Source: Chrysomallon squamiferum
Lineage: Eukaryota; Animalia; Mollusca
NCBI GenBank assembly: GCA_012295275.1
Contig: CM022671.1
Location: 10,354,001 to 10,418,000 of the forward strand
Reading direction: 5' to 3'
DNA: 64,000 nucleotides
Shown here piece by piece: positions 39,440-53,139 of this stretch. The notes beneath the pieces were generated by a model that saw nothing but the letters and a program-made list of their open reading frames with translations, was not told the origin of the DNA and ran no database searches. Numbering within the stretch: the first letter of the stretch is position 1; each line of letters starts with the position of its first letter. A program made the position numbers and the translations under genes.

Positions 39440-39862
39440 CTATTTAAAAAATAAAATAAAAACACTATATATACATATACACACACACAAACAATTTATA
39501 AAATAAAAAAATAAAAACTGTAATGAAAATGATGAAGACAATAAATGTATTACAGTAATGATGTAGTATCCACAACATTTCTGTAAATTTTATCTTTGAA
39601 TAACAACAATAACAGTATCACCCTATCAACTACTTCTAGTACTACTGCTGTTGCTGCTACTGCAGCTAGCTACCACTACCACCACTATTACTACCAATAA
39701 ATGTATAGACCTTTTATGACACAAACATGGTAAATGTCAATAAAATTTAAACAGACTTTATCAAAATGTGAAACTCATCCATATATATATATAGAAAGAA
39801 AGAAAGAAAGAAAGAAAAAAGAATGAAAGAAAAAGAAAGAAAGCAAAATATGAAAAAAATCA

Positions 39863-40147
<285 letters not shown>

Positions 40148-40290
40148 TTAAACAATTAATTAAAAAAAGAAATCTAAATTAGGTCACCCACAACAAACAA
40201 ATCTCTTTTTAGAATACTTCCTCTTGCAGCAGAATAAAGGATTACAGCAAAATATTCAGTAAAATCTTTTAACAAAAAGCATAACTAAAC

Positions 40291-40330
<40 letters not shown>

Positions 40331-40434
40331 TATATATACAAAATATCATAAACACACTTTATACTTAAAAAGGGTATTCTAAGAAACACATTTGTTACAC
40401 GATGCATTTCTCTTTGTATGCAGTCTTTAATTCC

Positions 40435-40530
40435 CTGAGAAGGGATGGGACATTTCACACAACAAAGTTTCTTTATGGCTGCATACCGGTCATCACGACT
40501 GGTTGGACAAATGGCCACAACCATCTGGTT
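40435..40530 (-). pseudogene. PIWIL2: PIWI pseudo-exon (MID), NQMVVAICPTSRDDRYAAIKKLCCVKCPIPSQ; donor mutated GT>GG
   Basis: tgtccag acceptor. The exon is followed by GGAATT instead of GTAATT. Confidence 0.9.
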
Positions 40531-40816
40531 CTGGACAGACAAAATAAATATTTATAAAATAATGTTAAACTAGAAAACAGATAAATAAATAAAAATTGAT
40601 CTATTACTAATAAAGAAAAAATATATAAAAAATTGAGAACTGACACATGGCAGAGAAACAAAACTTAATTTCTAGGGTCAATAAAAGAATCAGTAACTGG
40701 ACATTTAAACAAAAATATCTCTTATTATTATTAAAAAAACAGAGAAATTAAATACAGGGATTTTTAAATAAACCAATCTGGGGATATTTATTACCTAGAT
40801 ATTTTTCAAAACTTAC

Positions 40817-41009
40817 CTGTGGGTTTATTTTTTCCTGGAATACTCTAATGAAAGTTTCAGTTCTGATCTGTTGAAGACAATCCAGCTCCTCAGAGGGACA
40901 GGCAAGATGACCTTTGACAGTGTGACCTCGGGTCCAAAATCTGCCTCAGGTCCCGCCACGAATTCTTTGCCGCCAACTCTTTTTCCATTGGAAGGAGTCG
41001 ACCGTCAAT
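40817..41009 (-). pseudogene. PIWIL2: PIWI pseudo-exon (L2/MID) with two frameshifts and an internal deletion
   Basis: IDGRLLPME/RVGGKEFVAGPEADFG...PLRSWIVFNR/RTETFIRVFQEKINPQ. 193 nt between tttcag and gtaagt. Confidence 0.85.
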
Positions 41010-41395
41010 CTGAAAATTAGTAGCAGAAAATTAATTAGTCTTTTTCATCTAATAATAATAAGAAGAAGAAGAAGAAAAATAAATAATCGTAATAAAATAA
41101 TAACAAAAACAGTAATATTAGTAATAACAACAATAAAAACAGTTGATTAAATTCACAACATCTGACAAAATATAAAAAATTAGCAACAGCAAGTAAAATT
41201 AGTTTGATTAAGTGAAACAATAACAACAGCTGAATTAATGCAATTATTTGTATACCATTGGAATATTATACTAGCTTACCTATCATGCAACTATAAATCT
41301 GCCAAGTTAAAAATTTAGTCATTTATTATTAAAAGAGAAAACAGTAAACTAGTATTCTGCTATGAAAAATAGGCTTAAATTAAAAGAGTATGTAC

Positions 41396-41536
41396 TATTA
41401 TTGTTGCTGTGTCTAGTTCCAAACCCCAGGAAGCTAACTGCTGGTAAGCCTGTTTATTGGAGTTCACTGCACCAACAATCTTCTGGAATGCTAGTTTTCT
41501 CTGCATTGGGGTCACCCTTGTGTGATTGGCTATGTC
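41396..41536 (-). pseudogene. PIWIL2: PIWI pseudo-exon (L2 linker), DIANHTRVTPMQRKLAFQKIVGAVNSNKQAYQQLASWGLELDTATII
   Basis: ttttgcag acceptor, GT donor, 141 nt open. Confidence 0.9.
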
Positions 41537-41819
41537 CTGCAAAATAATAACAATACAAATAATAATAATAAGAACTATACAAAATAACAACACTGATAAT
41601 AATAATAACAACAACAGCTGTCAAAAATATATAGCGCATTATAAAAGCATTTTATAACTCTGTGCCTTGCTTGTTCATTATTAGTTTTGTAAGTTTAATA
41701 TATCGTCAATAAACATTAATGAAATGAAGACGTTTGACTTGTACAAAAATACCGACAAATGTACTTCATTAGGCTTAAACAGAATTGAAACCCTTTAAGA
41801 AGTTATTTTACAAATAAGC

Positions 41820-41878
<59 letters not shown>

Positions 41879-42676
41879 TGTGTACATGTTAAAAGAATTA
41901 ACAACAACAACAACAAAATTAAAATTTAAAAAAAAAATTAAATGAAAAAGTATAATTATGAAAGAAAACAATAAGGAAAAAAAAAGAAAAGAATAAACGC
42001 CACTAAAAAAAAAAAACCCAAAAAAAATAAATAAATAAATAAATAAATAAATAAAAAACCCACACTGTCTTAAACAGATAAGATATCAACGAGAATTGTA
42101 TGTCTTTGAGTGTTTTTAAATATAAATTTCTTCCTTCATCAATGCCGCGTTTCATTTTTCTAACAAGTTGAACATAGAATGGACTCGTGGCGCTTTGTTT
42201 TTATTTTAGTTATTAAACATTTCAGAGTTACGTCCCTCGCTATTTCTCCAATATGTCAGCCTCCAGCTAAGAATTTCAACACGTGTAATATAATGTAAAT
42301 TTCAAATGAACTATATTAATTTTATTTAATGTTGGGGCAATTCCGTATTTTGACAGCAAGTCAAGAGTTCTAACTTCTAGTGTTTTCGTTTTCAACATAA
42401 TCGGACAATTCTGTTAAACCGACATTGGAACAGGATATATTTCTTGGTCAAAACGTATAGAATACCGGTGTATTATCATGATGGCAACAGCAGTAAAAAC
42501 ATTATTGCAAAGGATACCGAATGGTTTAAGGACATTATAAGCAAAAGCCAAAAGAAAGCACCCTGAAGTAAAAGAGGTTAGTAGAACCAGTTTTCTTTTC
42601 TCTACATAAAAAGAAATTTGTTCTCGAATCAAATTGTTTCATCCAGTTACATGCAGAACTTTCAGTTAAATAAATA

Positions 42677-43413
42677 CAGTATTCCCTCGCTATTCGCGGG
42701 GGTTACGTTCTTTACCCCTCCCCCCGCGAATAGCGAAAAACCGCGAATATTGGATGCAGTTTTAAAACGTCTATTATGAGATTATATACGGTACTAAATG
42801 CTTCCCTAACACTTTCTAAAGACACTCTTACTCATTCATACAGTAATAATGTAGTAATATTGCATGCAGTTATGTATTTCACTAATGTAGTAATGATAAT
42901 GTAAACACATTTTAATTTTGTACTGAAACAATATTTTAATCAGAAAGAAACGTAAGTACAGGAGGACAGTAACACCGCATAGCATAGTTACCCATACAGT
43001 ATTACTGTACCGTAAAGTCATTTTCTATGCGTACAACATATGTATTAGAATTGACAGAAAGTGGAACAAATTTAAAGGCAAACAGACAGATAAATACAGT
43101 ACGCACAGTTCAGGTAATAATAATACAGTACAGTACAATTCAGTAATAATATGCAATTAAAAACATTATTAATACACGGTCACAAAAAATATGCACTGTA
43201 CATACAGTGTATGCATTTATAAAAAAATACGTACTGTATTGCAATAATAATTGAAAATATTTGATATTGTTTGTGCGGTTTACCGAGCATTTGTTTTTAT
43301 GACAGTATGACGCTCGCCTGGTATACCAGCATACGATGCGATAGGGTTAAGAGCCTAACCCGCGAATATGCGGGGCCGCGAATGGGGAACCGCGAACAGG
43401 TGAGGGTGTACTG
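42677..43413. mobile_element. Non-autonomous pogo/Tigger-like MITE (737 bp), TA target duplication
   Basis: TA|CAGTATTCCCTCGCTATTCGCGG ... CCGCGAACAGGTGAGGGTGTACTG|TA. Imperfect TIRs with reiterated CCGCGAA subterminal motifs and an AT-rich noncoding interior. Confidence 0.85.
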
Positions 43414-44671
43414 TATATATATATATATAAATGGCACACTACTACATTTTGAACCTCTAGGTACATGCAGTTTCTGTGTTATTATTACTATTGTTGTTGT
43501 TGTTGTTGTTGTAAAGTGGTGAATGATATTTGCAGATGAATGTAAGACTTTATTTCAAATGACATGGAAATGGTTTAGAAAGCATTAGTTTAAGTCACAA
43601 AGTACAGTCATATAAAGTGTGATACTGTAATCGTATATTAGAAATCATCAGTTAAAGAACAAACGACTTCCATTTTTGTTGCTGAAATTATCCAATCATA
43701 TAATATAAAATATTATGTACTGTAACACAAATTACAATTTTACTTTTTTGGAAAAGTATTCTGGTCATATTGTTTGTCATCTCACACACTCTTGTGGTGA
43801 TAAAGTACTTACATAGCATCCTTCCATCCATCCATGAATCCAGTAAACTTGAAATAACTGTATCAAAACATAATATATGTTGATAAAGGGACCAGATTTT
43901 TTGGAGAAAAATGTAGATAATATTATATGTGTTACAGAAGAAAACCCAAGTAAAACCAAGTAAGATGTTACTTTGTATTCAGATTAAGCAGTTTCCTCAG
44001 TTTTTAGTGAAGATTTGTTTTAAGTGTGTAAGTTGAATCAAGCTTTCACTGACCCAGTTAATTAACTGCATCATAGATTAGTATGTTGTCTTGGAAGGAC
44101 TCTTTCTATAGCTTATTCTCCAGAACATCTTTTTTCAATCTCCCAGTGTTTACAAGAAAGTCTTCTTAATGTCTCAGTTTAGAGAACTCGGCTGTAAAAT
44201 TGTCTACAGCCTGCTTTGATTTAACTTCCATTTTTAAGAAATCTTGGTGCTTGTTGGTCAGAGGCACAGTGAAAAGTATGTGTTTTGGCAGACAGCTAGA
44301 TCAGTGTCTCTCTAGTGGGATGTAAAGTAATGCTGACAGATGAGACATTAGCTCTTTGCTTATGGGAATCCTCAGTACAGGCATTGCAGGTGGATGGATG
44401 GAGAACTCTTTTTACGTGCCCACGTCCAATTCAAGGTTCGGGCACGCCTATCCCGGATCCGATCTCTGGGATCGCCAGGGATGGGTTCCGGGACAGGAGA
44501 GGGGAAGGAAAAAGGGGGAAAAGGAATGGGAGGGGAAGGGTGCAAGTGCATTTGAAGTGGGCAATTTGGAATAAACCTTTGAGTGGTTTTTACTTATTAA
44601 CATCCGAAAGGGTGCAGTAGAGATACATATATACAGACCCCTACACAGACACACACGTACACATATGTGGG

Positions 44672-44703
<32 letters not shown>

Positions 44704-44788
44704 CATACACACATCCACACACATATACATATATATATGCATTGGGCACTGTTTAAGGGGTTTTATTTATTTATATTTATTTATTTAC

Positions 44789-44827
<39 letters not shown>

Positions 44828-45033
44828 CTTAGTTTCTACTACTAAATAAAACAAAAACAACAAAAAAAAATGGCTCGTCGTGACATCATGTCGGGCTTCT
44901 TTTTGCTTGTTGTTGTTGTTAGCGTCGCGTTGTTGTTGCTTTTTGGAGTTCAGACGTCGAGGGGAGGTTGCCAGTTGGTTCTGGGGTTGGAGGCGGGTGT
45001 GTTTATGTTGTGTAGTGTTTTGTAAAATTGTGT

Positions 45034-48000
45034 TTATATTCTCACTTTTGTTGCTTCCACGAACCGCATTATCAGGTTGTCTACTTGTTTTTTTAGGTGT
45101 GTGGGGGGGTTGAAAATGTCAGCTGGAGTAAATCTGACTTTGATGTTTGTTAAAGCTGTGTTTAGTTTGCGTCTGTCCTTGTCGTATTTGCTGCAGTAAA
45201 AAATATAGTGTCTGACGTTGTCCAGTTTATGGCATGTGCCGCACTTGTCACTCACGGTGTTGTCGAGTCTATGTCTGCTGTCGTTTAGTCCGAAGGTCAC
45301 TCCCACTCTGAGACGGGTTAAAGTGTGAGTTGTTTTGTTGTTGTCTGAGAGTGGGCTGGGCGAGTTGACTTTTGGTTTGATTATGTAGTGCCATAGTCTA
45401 GTCTTGTTGCCACGATTCTATCAGCTTATTGTGCGCTATGGTCATGATTTCGTTCACATTGTACTTAGAGTCAAAGTCGATCGTGTCGTCGTCAAGCGAG
45501 TGTTTAGCGTTTTTGTCTGCCAGCTCGTTTCCAGTAACACCCACGTGGGCGGGTACCCACTCGAAGGTGACCTTGTGTCCTCTGTAGGTGATACAGTTTG
45601 TGATTTCGATAATCTGTCTAATGTACTGGGAGCTGCTGAATTTGAGTTTGTGCAGAGCTTGCAGTGAGCTGAGGGAGTCAGTCAGTATGAGGTATTTCTT
45701 TTTTTGGCTATTGACGTAAGTTTGAGTTAAGACCCATTTAAGTGCCGAGAGAATAGCTATTAGTTCCGTAGTGAAGACGGATAGGTTGTTGGTCAGTCTA
45801 CCTTTGTAGTTGAAGGGTACGTCGGGTAGTTCCAGCCTGACATGAAAGGCCATGCCGGTTCTTCCCATGAGAGGGTCTTTGGAGCCGTCCGTGTATATTT
45901 GTACGAAGTCCGAGTAGTTGTCGCTTAGTGCTGCTCTAAAAATTACGTTTTTAAATGGGTCGTGTTCCGTCGTCGATACTGCCTGTCTAAGCGTTAGAGG
46001 TATGTCAAGTTGTTTCATTGTCCATGGGGGTTCTAAGGGTGACGGGTTGTTTTCAAGTTCTAGGTCCAGTAGGTTTAGTCTTTTTGCTGTCCTGTGTGTG
46101 TCGTTGATTGATGCTTCTCTGTCGTTGATGTAGGGTAAGTTGTTTGGGATTATTGTGTTTATGGGATGGGTGGGGATGAGATTTTTTATTTTGAACCAGT
46201 GTTTGAGACACTGTGTGCTGCGTCGGATTCGCAGCGGCAGCATGTTCAGTTCCACAAACAGACTGTCCGTCGGTGTGCCTGGGAATACCCTGGCAACAAT
46301 TCTGAGTGCCTTGTTGTAGACGGTGTCTAGCCGTTTTAGTTGGTATTCAGACACACCGCTGAACGCCTGGGATCCATACTGGAGTCTCGACACTATTAAT
46401 GCTTCGAACACCATCAAGAGAGATGACCTGTCAGCTCCCCATTTGGCGTTCGAAAGCACTTTCAGTAGGTTCATGTATTGTGTGCACGTGTTGATTGTGT
46501 TGGTGATGTGTTGTTTAAAGTTAAGGCACCTGTCGAAGGTGACTCCCAGGAATTTGACTGCGTTTACTTGTGGGATTTTTGTGTTGTTGTAGTGTAGGTC
46601 TATTTTATTGTGTTTACTGTTGACTTTTCTCCCAAAGGTTACGGTGACAGTCTTGGATTGGGAGATGGTGACTCCCCAAGTTTCCGCCCAATTTTGTAAG
46701 TTATTTAAGTCTTTTTGCAGATCTGTTTCGATTTGTTTAAGACAGTTTCCAGCACGCCAAAAGGCTGTATCATCCGCAAATAATCCTATGCTAAGCTTAG
46801 TTGTGGTTTTCGAGTTAGTGGCTAGTTTATGTGCTAGGTCATTAATAAAAATGCTAAAAAGAGTAGGGGCGATAACTGAACCCTGGGGGATCCCATTCTC
46901 CAAATCCAAGCTGTCTGAGAAGTTTTCGTTTACATTGACCGTAAAGGATCTATTTTTCAAGAACGCTTCTATAAAGTCGAACATAGGGCCTCTTATGCCC
47001 ATGTTGTAGACTTTGATTAGAAGACCATGTCTCCAGACCATATCATAGGCTTTTTCTATGTCAACAAACACTCCTACCACTTTTTGTCCAGTAAACAAAG
47101 ACTTGGATATTTCAGATTGTAATCTGGTTATGTGGTCGCTTGTGGAGTGGTTTTTTCGGAAACCACTTTGAAAGGCCGAAATGAGTTGGTTCTTTTCCAG
47201 AAAATGTGTTAGGCGTTTGTTGACCATAGCCTCCATGGTTTTGCAGACACAGGACGTTAGTGAGATAGGACGATAGTTGGAGGGGTTGGAAAGATCCTTG
47301 CCCTGTTTTGGAAGGCTGAAGACGTCAGCATGCTTCCATTTGAGGGGAAGGTATCCTTCCTTCCAGATAGTGTTATAGAGTTCCAGAAATAGATTAGATT
47401 TAGCATGTCTGTGGGCATGTTTTGAAAGAATAGGTAGGAGAATTTGTCTGGCCCTGGGGCCGTTCCTTTACGGTCGGAGAAGGCCGCTGTCATTTCTGGG
47501 AGTGTGAAGGGAATATTATATTTTGTTCCTGGGGTTTTTGAGTCAGGTGGAATTTTGTTGACTGTTTCTAATTTATTTTTAATTTTTCGAAATTTGGGGG
47601 GAAAGTTGTTTGTACTCGAGTTGTGTTTAAAGACATCTCCCAGAGCAGCGGCCTTCTCTTTGTTTGTATGGTTTTTTTGTTGCGGACGAGTAGTGTGTTC
47701 TTGCTAATTGGTTTGCCCTGTATGCGTTTGATTCTGGCCCAAATTTCCTTACTAGATGTGTTGATGTTGATAGATGTGCAGAAGGTTTTCCACGATTCTC
47801 TTTTTGCATGTAGCACGGCTTGTGAGACTTTGTGTTTACTGATTTTGAGGTTTGCGAGGTTGGTTGCCGAGTTATGTTTTTGGTATGTTTTTTGCGATGT
47901 TTGTTGCGTGCCTTTGTGAGGAGTTTTAGTTCTTCACTCCACCAAGGGACTGAATTATTTTTTTGTATTTATAATTAGAAATTGGAATAGTTTTATAAGC

Positions 48001-48904
48001 AATGCTAATTATTTTGTCAGTTAAATTTTGGTTAAAAGTGTCGATATTATTGCTTCGAATGAGTTTAGGATCTGTTTCCAGACATTGTTTTTTAAATTCA
48101 GTCCAGTTGGCTTTCGTGAAGTTCCATTTGTGTTTGTTTATTGTTACCTCTTTCCAGTTATTTTGTGTGTTGTATGAGATGAGTATTGGTAGGTGATCGC
48201 TGTTGAGGTTGTTGAGAACTGTCCATTCGCATTTAGAGGCTATTGTTTCAGACACTGTTGAGATATCAATGCATGACCAGGTGTTGTATATGTCTGATAG
48301 GAAGGTTGGCGTGCCATCGTTCAGACATATGTGTTTGTTAAGTTCCATAAATTTTTCGACGATGATCCCCTGTTTGCCTGTACTAGAGGAACCCCATAGG
48401 TGGTTTCTGCTGTTGAAGTCCCCTAGTACGATGGAGTTGTCGATAAATTTAGCGGGAATGCTTTTAGTGTAGTGTTCGAGTGTTATGTTGTAATGATTTT
48501 TGCCTGGGTGGGTGTAATAGTTAAATATGTTAATGTCTTCATCCTGGCCATGTATTGATATTCCAAGTGTCTCTATGTTGATGTGGTGATTCGTGAGTGT
48601 GATACGTGAGTAGGAGAGCTCTTTTCTGACAAATGTCGCTACTCCTCCTCTCGTGGTGCAGTTGGTGTTGTGAAAGAAACCATAGAAACCTGGAATGTTA
48701 AAGTTTTGGAAGAGTTGATTCTTTCGTGTTTGTGTGTTGGTGATCCAGGTTTCTTGTATGCATATTATGTCTATCTGTATATTAGTTTGTTATGTAGTGT
48801 TTGAGTTCTTCGCCATGGCCTCCTGATTTGAGGCCTTTGGCATTCCACTGTAGGATGTTAAGGCCTTTGGCTTGTTTGTGTTTAATGTTTTGTTTGTCTC
48901 CCAT
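45034..48904 (-). pseudogene. LINE ORF2 (AP endonuclease, reverse transcriptase, RNase H, C-terminal CCHC), several frameshifts/stops
   Basis: ATG 48904 MGDK..LNILQWNAKGL; DIICIQETW; LGDFN; SDHLPI; QSGFRK; VDIEKAYD; GIPQGSVIAPTLF; LFADD; YTDGSK, TELIAI, LTDSLS, WVPAHVGVTGNELAD; CGTCHKLDNVRHYIFYC. Confidence 0.95.
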
Positions 48905-48967
48905 GTGTGATGTCAAGGAGTTTGGTAGTGTTAGAGGTTGGTTCTGTTGCGTGTATTTTGACTGTAT

Positions 48968-50932
48968 TTATTTTATTTGTTTAGTGTTTTCGGTGTTGGT
49001 GATGTTTTTGTAGTAGTTGCTTGCGTGTGGGAGCACAGTGTCTAGTTCCAGCGGTATTCCCAGGTGGTGTTGTAGGGTTTGACCTGCCGCCATCGTGGCT
49101 TTTTTTACCGCTGCCTCCGATCTGTTATTTAGGTTGGGGTTGGGAGTTTGTAGTGCTCCGTCTAGGAATAGGCCAGTGACAACCCTGAGTAGTTGGAGGG
49201 CTGTCACTGGGCTGTGTTTGTTGTTGATTGAGCCTATTTGTGTTTGTCTTGTGTTTGTCCTGGAGGCTGGTGTGTATGGGTGTATGGCTGACGAGTGAGG
49301 GGGGGTTGCTGTGTGTGTGTTTTTGGCCTCCATGTGTTTCAGTGCATTGCGGTAGGCCGCGCACAGGTGGCTGTGTGTGTAGTGACGGCCGTTGCAGTTT
49401 GCGCACTGGGTGGGTTGGCGGCACAGGTTGTCGGGCGTTTGCCCCCACACCTGAAACACGTTGGGTGTCCCCACAACGACCTGCACTTTGTTGTGTTGTG
49501 TCCCCATCTCTGGCACTGGGCGCATTTTGTGGGGTGTGTCTGGAACGCCCACAGTTTGAATATTCTGTTGTGGAATAGGATGTGCTCTGCTTGTGTTGTG
49601 GCAGACAGAAGCACATCCCAGTAGCCGTTTTTCCAGATCGTGATGTTCTGAATCATCACGTCTGGGTTTTCTTTTTTTAATGCGTCCAGTATTTGTTTTG
49701 TTGTTTCCGTGCCAGGTTGTTTTTTTACGAGTTTCCGTAGGGATTGATCTGTTGTTGTGGTGGTTGTTGTTGCTGGTTTGTGTGCCTTTTGTGTTGTGTA
49801 GTGGGTGTTTTTTTTTGGGGTGTTGTTTTGTTGTTGCGGTGTGGAGGCTGCCCGTCCAGTTGGTGGTACGTGGGTGTATATGAATTCTCTTGGCCAGGGT
49901 CGCCCCGGCGTCAGGTTGAGGAGCGGGAACTCCTCTGTGTTTATTGCTACTTTGGGGGAGTGTTGGGGAGTTTGTTTCGTATGGTTGTCATGTCGCTGTT
50001 TGTATTTCTGTCTTTGTGTTGTCGGCCTTGTTTTGGTTGGTGTTGTCTGTTTTAGGGGTTCTGCAACGAAAGTGCATTGCCCCCAGGTGCCGTAAGCCAC
50101 CGTCTTGTCCATTTGTCTGTGTATGGCTTGGCTGCTTGTTTTGTCCTGTGTGTATGTCTGTCCGTTTGGGGTAGATGGGTTTGTTTGTTTTGGGGGTGAG
50201 GGTACTCTCGTTTCGTGAGGTTCTTTGGTACACCTCTCCAGTGTGACCCACACCTTTTGACACTCCATGGGGTTGGGCATCAGTTCAATACTGGTACCCA
50301 GTTTGATGAGTGGAGTGTCAGAGTCAGCCCTGATGAAGGTTGCCTCATCTGACATCCGGGTGTGGAAAAAAGTATCGTCCAACAGTCGCGAGATGGACTG
50401 TTGGAAAAAGATCGCTTCGTACAGACGGGTTTCTTTTATTAAAAAAGACCCGTCTCAGTCCGGGGATTGGGGACTTAGCGGGCCTAGGGGGGCTGGCTGA
50501 CAGTTTGAGGGATTTTTGCGAGCCCTGTTGGGGAACAGCAATGCTCAGCATGTCCAGGGCTGAAAACCTGTTCGATGTGCTGACTGGAGCCTGTTCTGGG
50601 GGGAATTGGACAGTTGGGTGGGTTTTCCGTTTCTTGTTTTTGTGTTGTGGGGACTCCGGAATGATGGTCATTCCGGTTGGGGCAGTTGCGGTCCAGTTGA
50701 GGATTTGGTTGCAGTCTGGGGACAGGGTGGGGCGGGGGGAGCCGTCAGGTGTCGTCTCTACCAGTCCCACGTATATCGTGTCCCCCTCAGAGTTGTCGGA
50801 TAGGTTTCCGTTGTCCCTGTCGACCGGGGAGCCAAGAGATTCCACGCGTGGTAATTCCGCCTCCGTTCCGCAGATTTGTTGAGGGGTAGCCTCGGCGCTA
50901 ACTGTGCCGTTGGATTTATTCGTATCGGCCAT
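48968..50932 (-). pseudogene. LINE ORF1 (gag-like, three zinc knuckles), frameshifted
   Basis: ORFs 50345..50932, 49339..50382 and 48968..49552 overlap in succession. Knuckles: CAQCQRWGHNTTKC, CFRCGGK.PTTC and CANCNGRHYTHSHLC. Confidence 0.85.
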
Positions 50933-51359
50933 TTTTATTTAGTACACGAGTTGATTAATTATTATTATTAATATTACACTAATGATACTACAAAAAGAAA
51001 GCAAACAAGGTTAAATTATTAAATTTAGTTTTGCTAGTAATATTCCAAGAATTAAAAGTTTAAATAATATTTATATATTTATATTTGACTATCTGCAATT
51101 AATATTAAATTAATAGTTACAATACACGAATTTAAAATATTTGACAACACTAGCACTGGGGGAGAGGGTTTGAGGTTGGTAAGGGGAGAGATAAGAGGAA
51201 GTTTCAAAGTTTGGTGCTGGGAAAGTGAGTATGACGTGCTGGGATGATAGGATTCCGTTTCTTACCAAATTTGATGTCGAGTGTTCTAAGTTCGAAATTG
51301 AATTGGAATCCTAATTTGGGAAGTTTAACAGATGAACAGATAATTCCTGGTGGACTGTG

Positions 51360-51580
51360 GATTCTGATTGGTTGGCGCTGACTCTAGATTGATTGGTCGA
51401 CAGCTTCTTGTGCAGACTGGCTTTTTACTGGCTGGCGCTAGCTCATCGTTGATTGGTTGCCGGCTTTCGTTGGAACTCGATTGTTATTGGTGCACGCTAG
51501 CTCGTCGACGATTGGCTAGAACTCAATTCCTTTTGCTTTCCTAATGATTGGATAGAACTCAATTCCTTTTGCTTTCCTAG
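51360..51580 (-). promoter_or_regulatory. Cluster of CCAAT boxes in the LINE 5'UTR (candidate internal Pol II promoter)
   Basis: Six ATTGG (CCAAT on minus) at ~51367, 51392, 51452, 51486, 51511 and 51547. The last two lie within a 36-bp tandem duplication. Confidence 0.5.
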
Positions 51581-52204
51581 AACTATTCCTATCACACATC
51601 TATCGAATTTGCAGGAAATAAACGCTAATCCAAGTGTGGAAGTTGAACACTTATTCCTTCTACCAAAAACACGGAAACTTCTTGGATCGAAACTGCGCGA
51701 ATCCGAATGTTAGCGAAAACTGAACGAGAACACGAATTGTCGACTGCTTGATACGGAAACGAAACGAGAATGATCAAAATCTGTGTCTGAGCTAATCTGG
51801 CATTGCAGGTTAAATCTGTTCTCCCATTCTGGCATTCTTGTAACATAGCATGGCAGTGTACAAAGTGCTATTACTGTCCAGGGGGTGTCTTCCCATCTGG
51901 TAGAATTCCTGTTTCATATAATTCCCATTTCATAGAAAAAACTCATCTACTGCAATACCTGATTACCTCTGTATATAATGAACTTGTCGTGTACATACAT
52001 CTGGTTTCTTTCTAACATTCAGAGGCAGAGCACATTGTTCCTAAATCAGTTGTGTAACATCAAAGGAAAGCAGAATAAGCTTTTTGTTGTAGATTTTTAC
52101 CTTTTTCATTATTATCATCATCATAATCATTATCATCAACATTATTATTATTATTATTAGAATATTTATTACAGTTATTGTTATTATTGTTGTTATTCTT
52201 ATTC

Positions 52205-52259
<55 letters not shown>

Positions 52260-52734
52260 GATTTAATCTGGTCATTTCTAATTCATAAACATTTCCTTTT
52301 CGTTACAAAACAACCGACCAATAATAAACAATTTTACATCAATTTCATCTATCTATTAAAAAAAAAAAAAAAAAAAACGGCTTGATGTTTTTTTTGTTAA
52401 TTCTCATGGCTTGCTTCTGTAAAAGAAAACGACAAAAATATTATAAATATATCATTTTATTCAGCAATATAATTTAAGAAAAACATATTTTACATTCGAG
52501 TAATTCATTTATATTCAGGAAATAGAATATGTGAACATTACCTTTATCTTTAACTGTTCGAAGTAAACCATATTCAGCTTAAACATGTTCAAGACATGTT
52601 ACTCAGCATATTTACGTTATGCACACATACATATTCACATTGTGCACATATTATACAATATATGTGACATAGTATATTAATAGTATGTACACTAAAGATA
52701 TTATGACCTGCAAATACTTTGGCTGAAAATGATG

Positions 52735-53135
52735 AGATCGTTGAATATGGTGAATAGATCTGTTAAATAGGCAATGTCTGTTTTGTTTGCTAAAAGATAA
52801 TCACTCAAATGATTACATTTATTTTCCTGGAGAAATTGCACTATGCTGTTGAAAAGAGAATAAAATCATTTTAAACAGCTTTCTTTGGAGAACCACCTCA
52901 CTTCAGTATATAATAGAAGGTGATCAAATTCTTCATCGTTGTTGTTACAGAGTTGTCTAAACACTCGGGAACTGAGGGGTTTGACAGTTTATTTTATTTA
53001 CTGCCTTAATGACAACATCAAGGGATTTATGAAGCTGATCACTTAAGTTCCTGGCAACCAGATGTTGCTGATGAATTAAGCAATGTATTGCAAAAGCACT
53101 GGCTACAGCTTTCTTTAAAAATGCAAAAAAACACC
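52735..53135 (-). mobile_element. Internal fragment of a Buster/Charlie-type (SCAND3/ZBED5-like) hAT transposase
   Basis: AIHCLIHQQHLVARNLSDQLHKSLDVVIKAVNKI / SRVFRQLCNNNDEEFDHLLLYTEVRWFSK...DIAYLTDLF. These are the hAT CxxH and EVRWLS motifs. No TIRs seen. Confidence 0.88.
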
Positions 53136-53139
53136 TTTG

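Larger units (their letters stand above)
44392..51798 (-). mobile_element. Full-length (~7.4 kb) I-group (I/Nimb-like) LINE with 12-bp TSD GGCATTGCAGGT
   Basis: TSD at 44380-44391 and 51799-51810. ~870-bp 5'UTR, ORF1 with CCHC knuckles, ORF2 APE-RT-RNase H-CCHC, and a short (CATC)n 3' tail. Confidence 0.95.

Noticed and set aside
45404-50882. Many plus-strand ORFs over the LINE (likewise minus-strand ORFs at 30.6-34.5 kb)
   Set aside because: Antisense shadows of LINE ORF1/ORF2 with no independent motifs.
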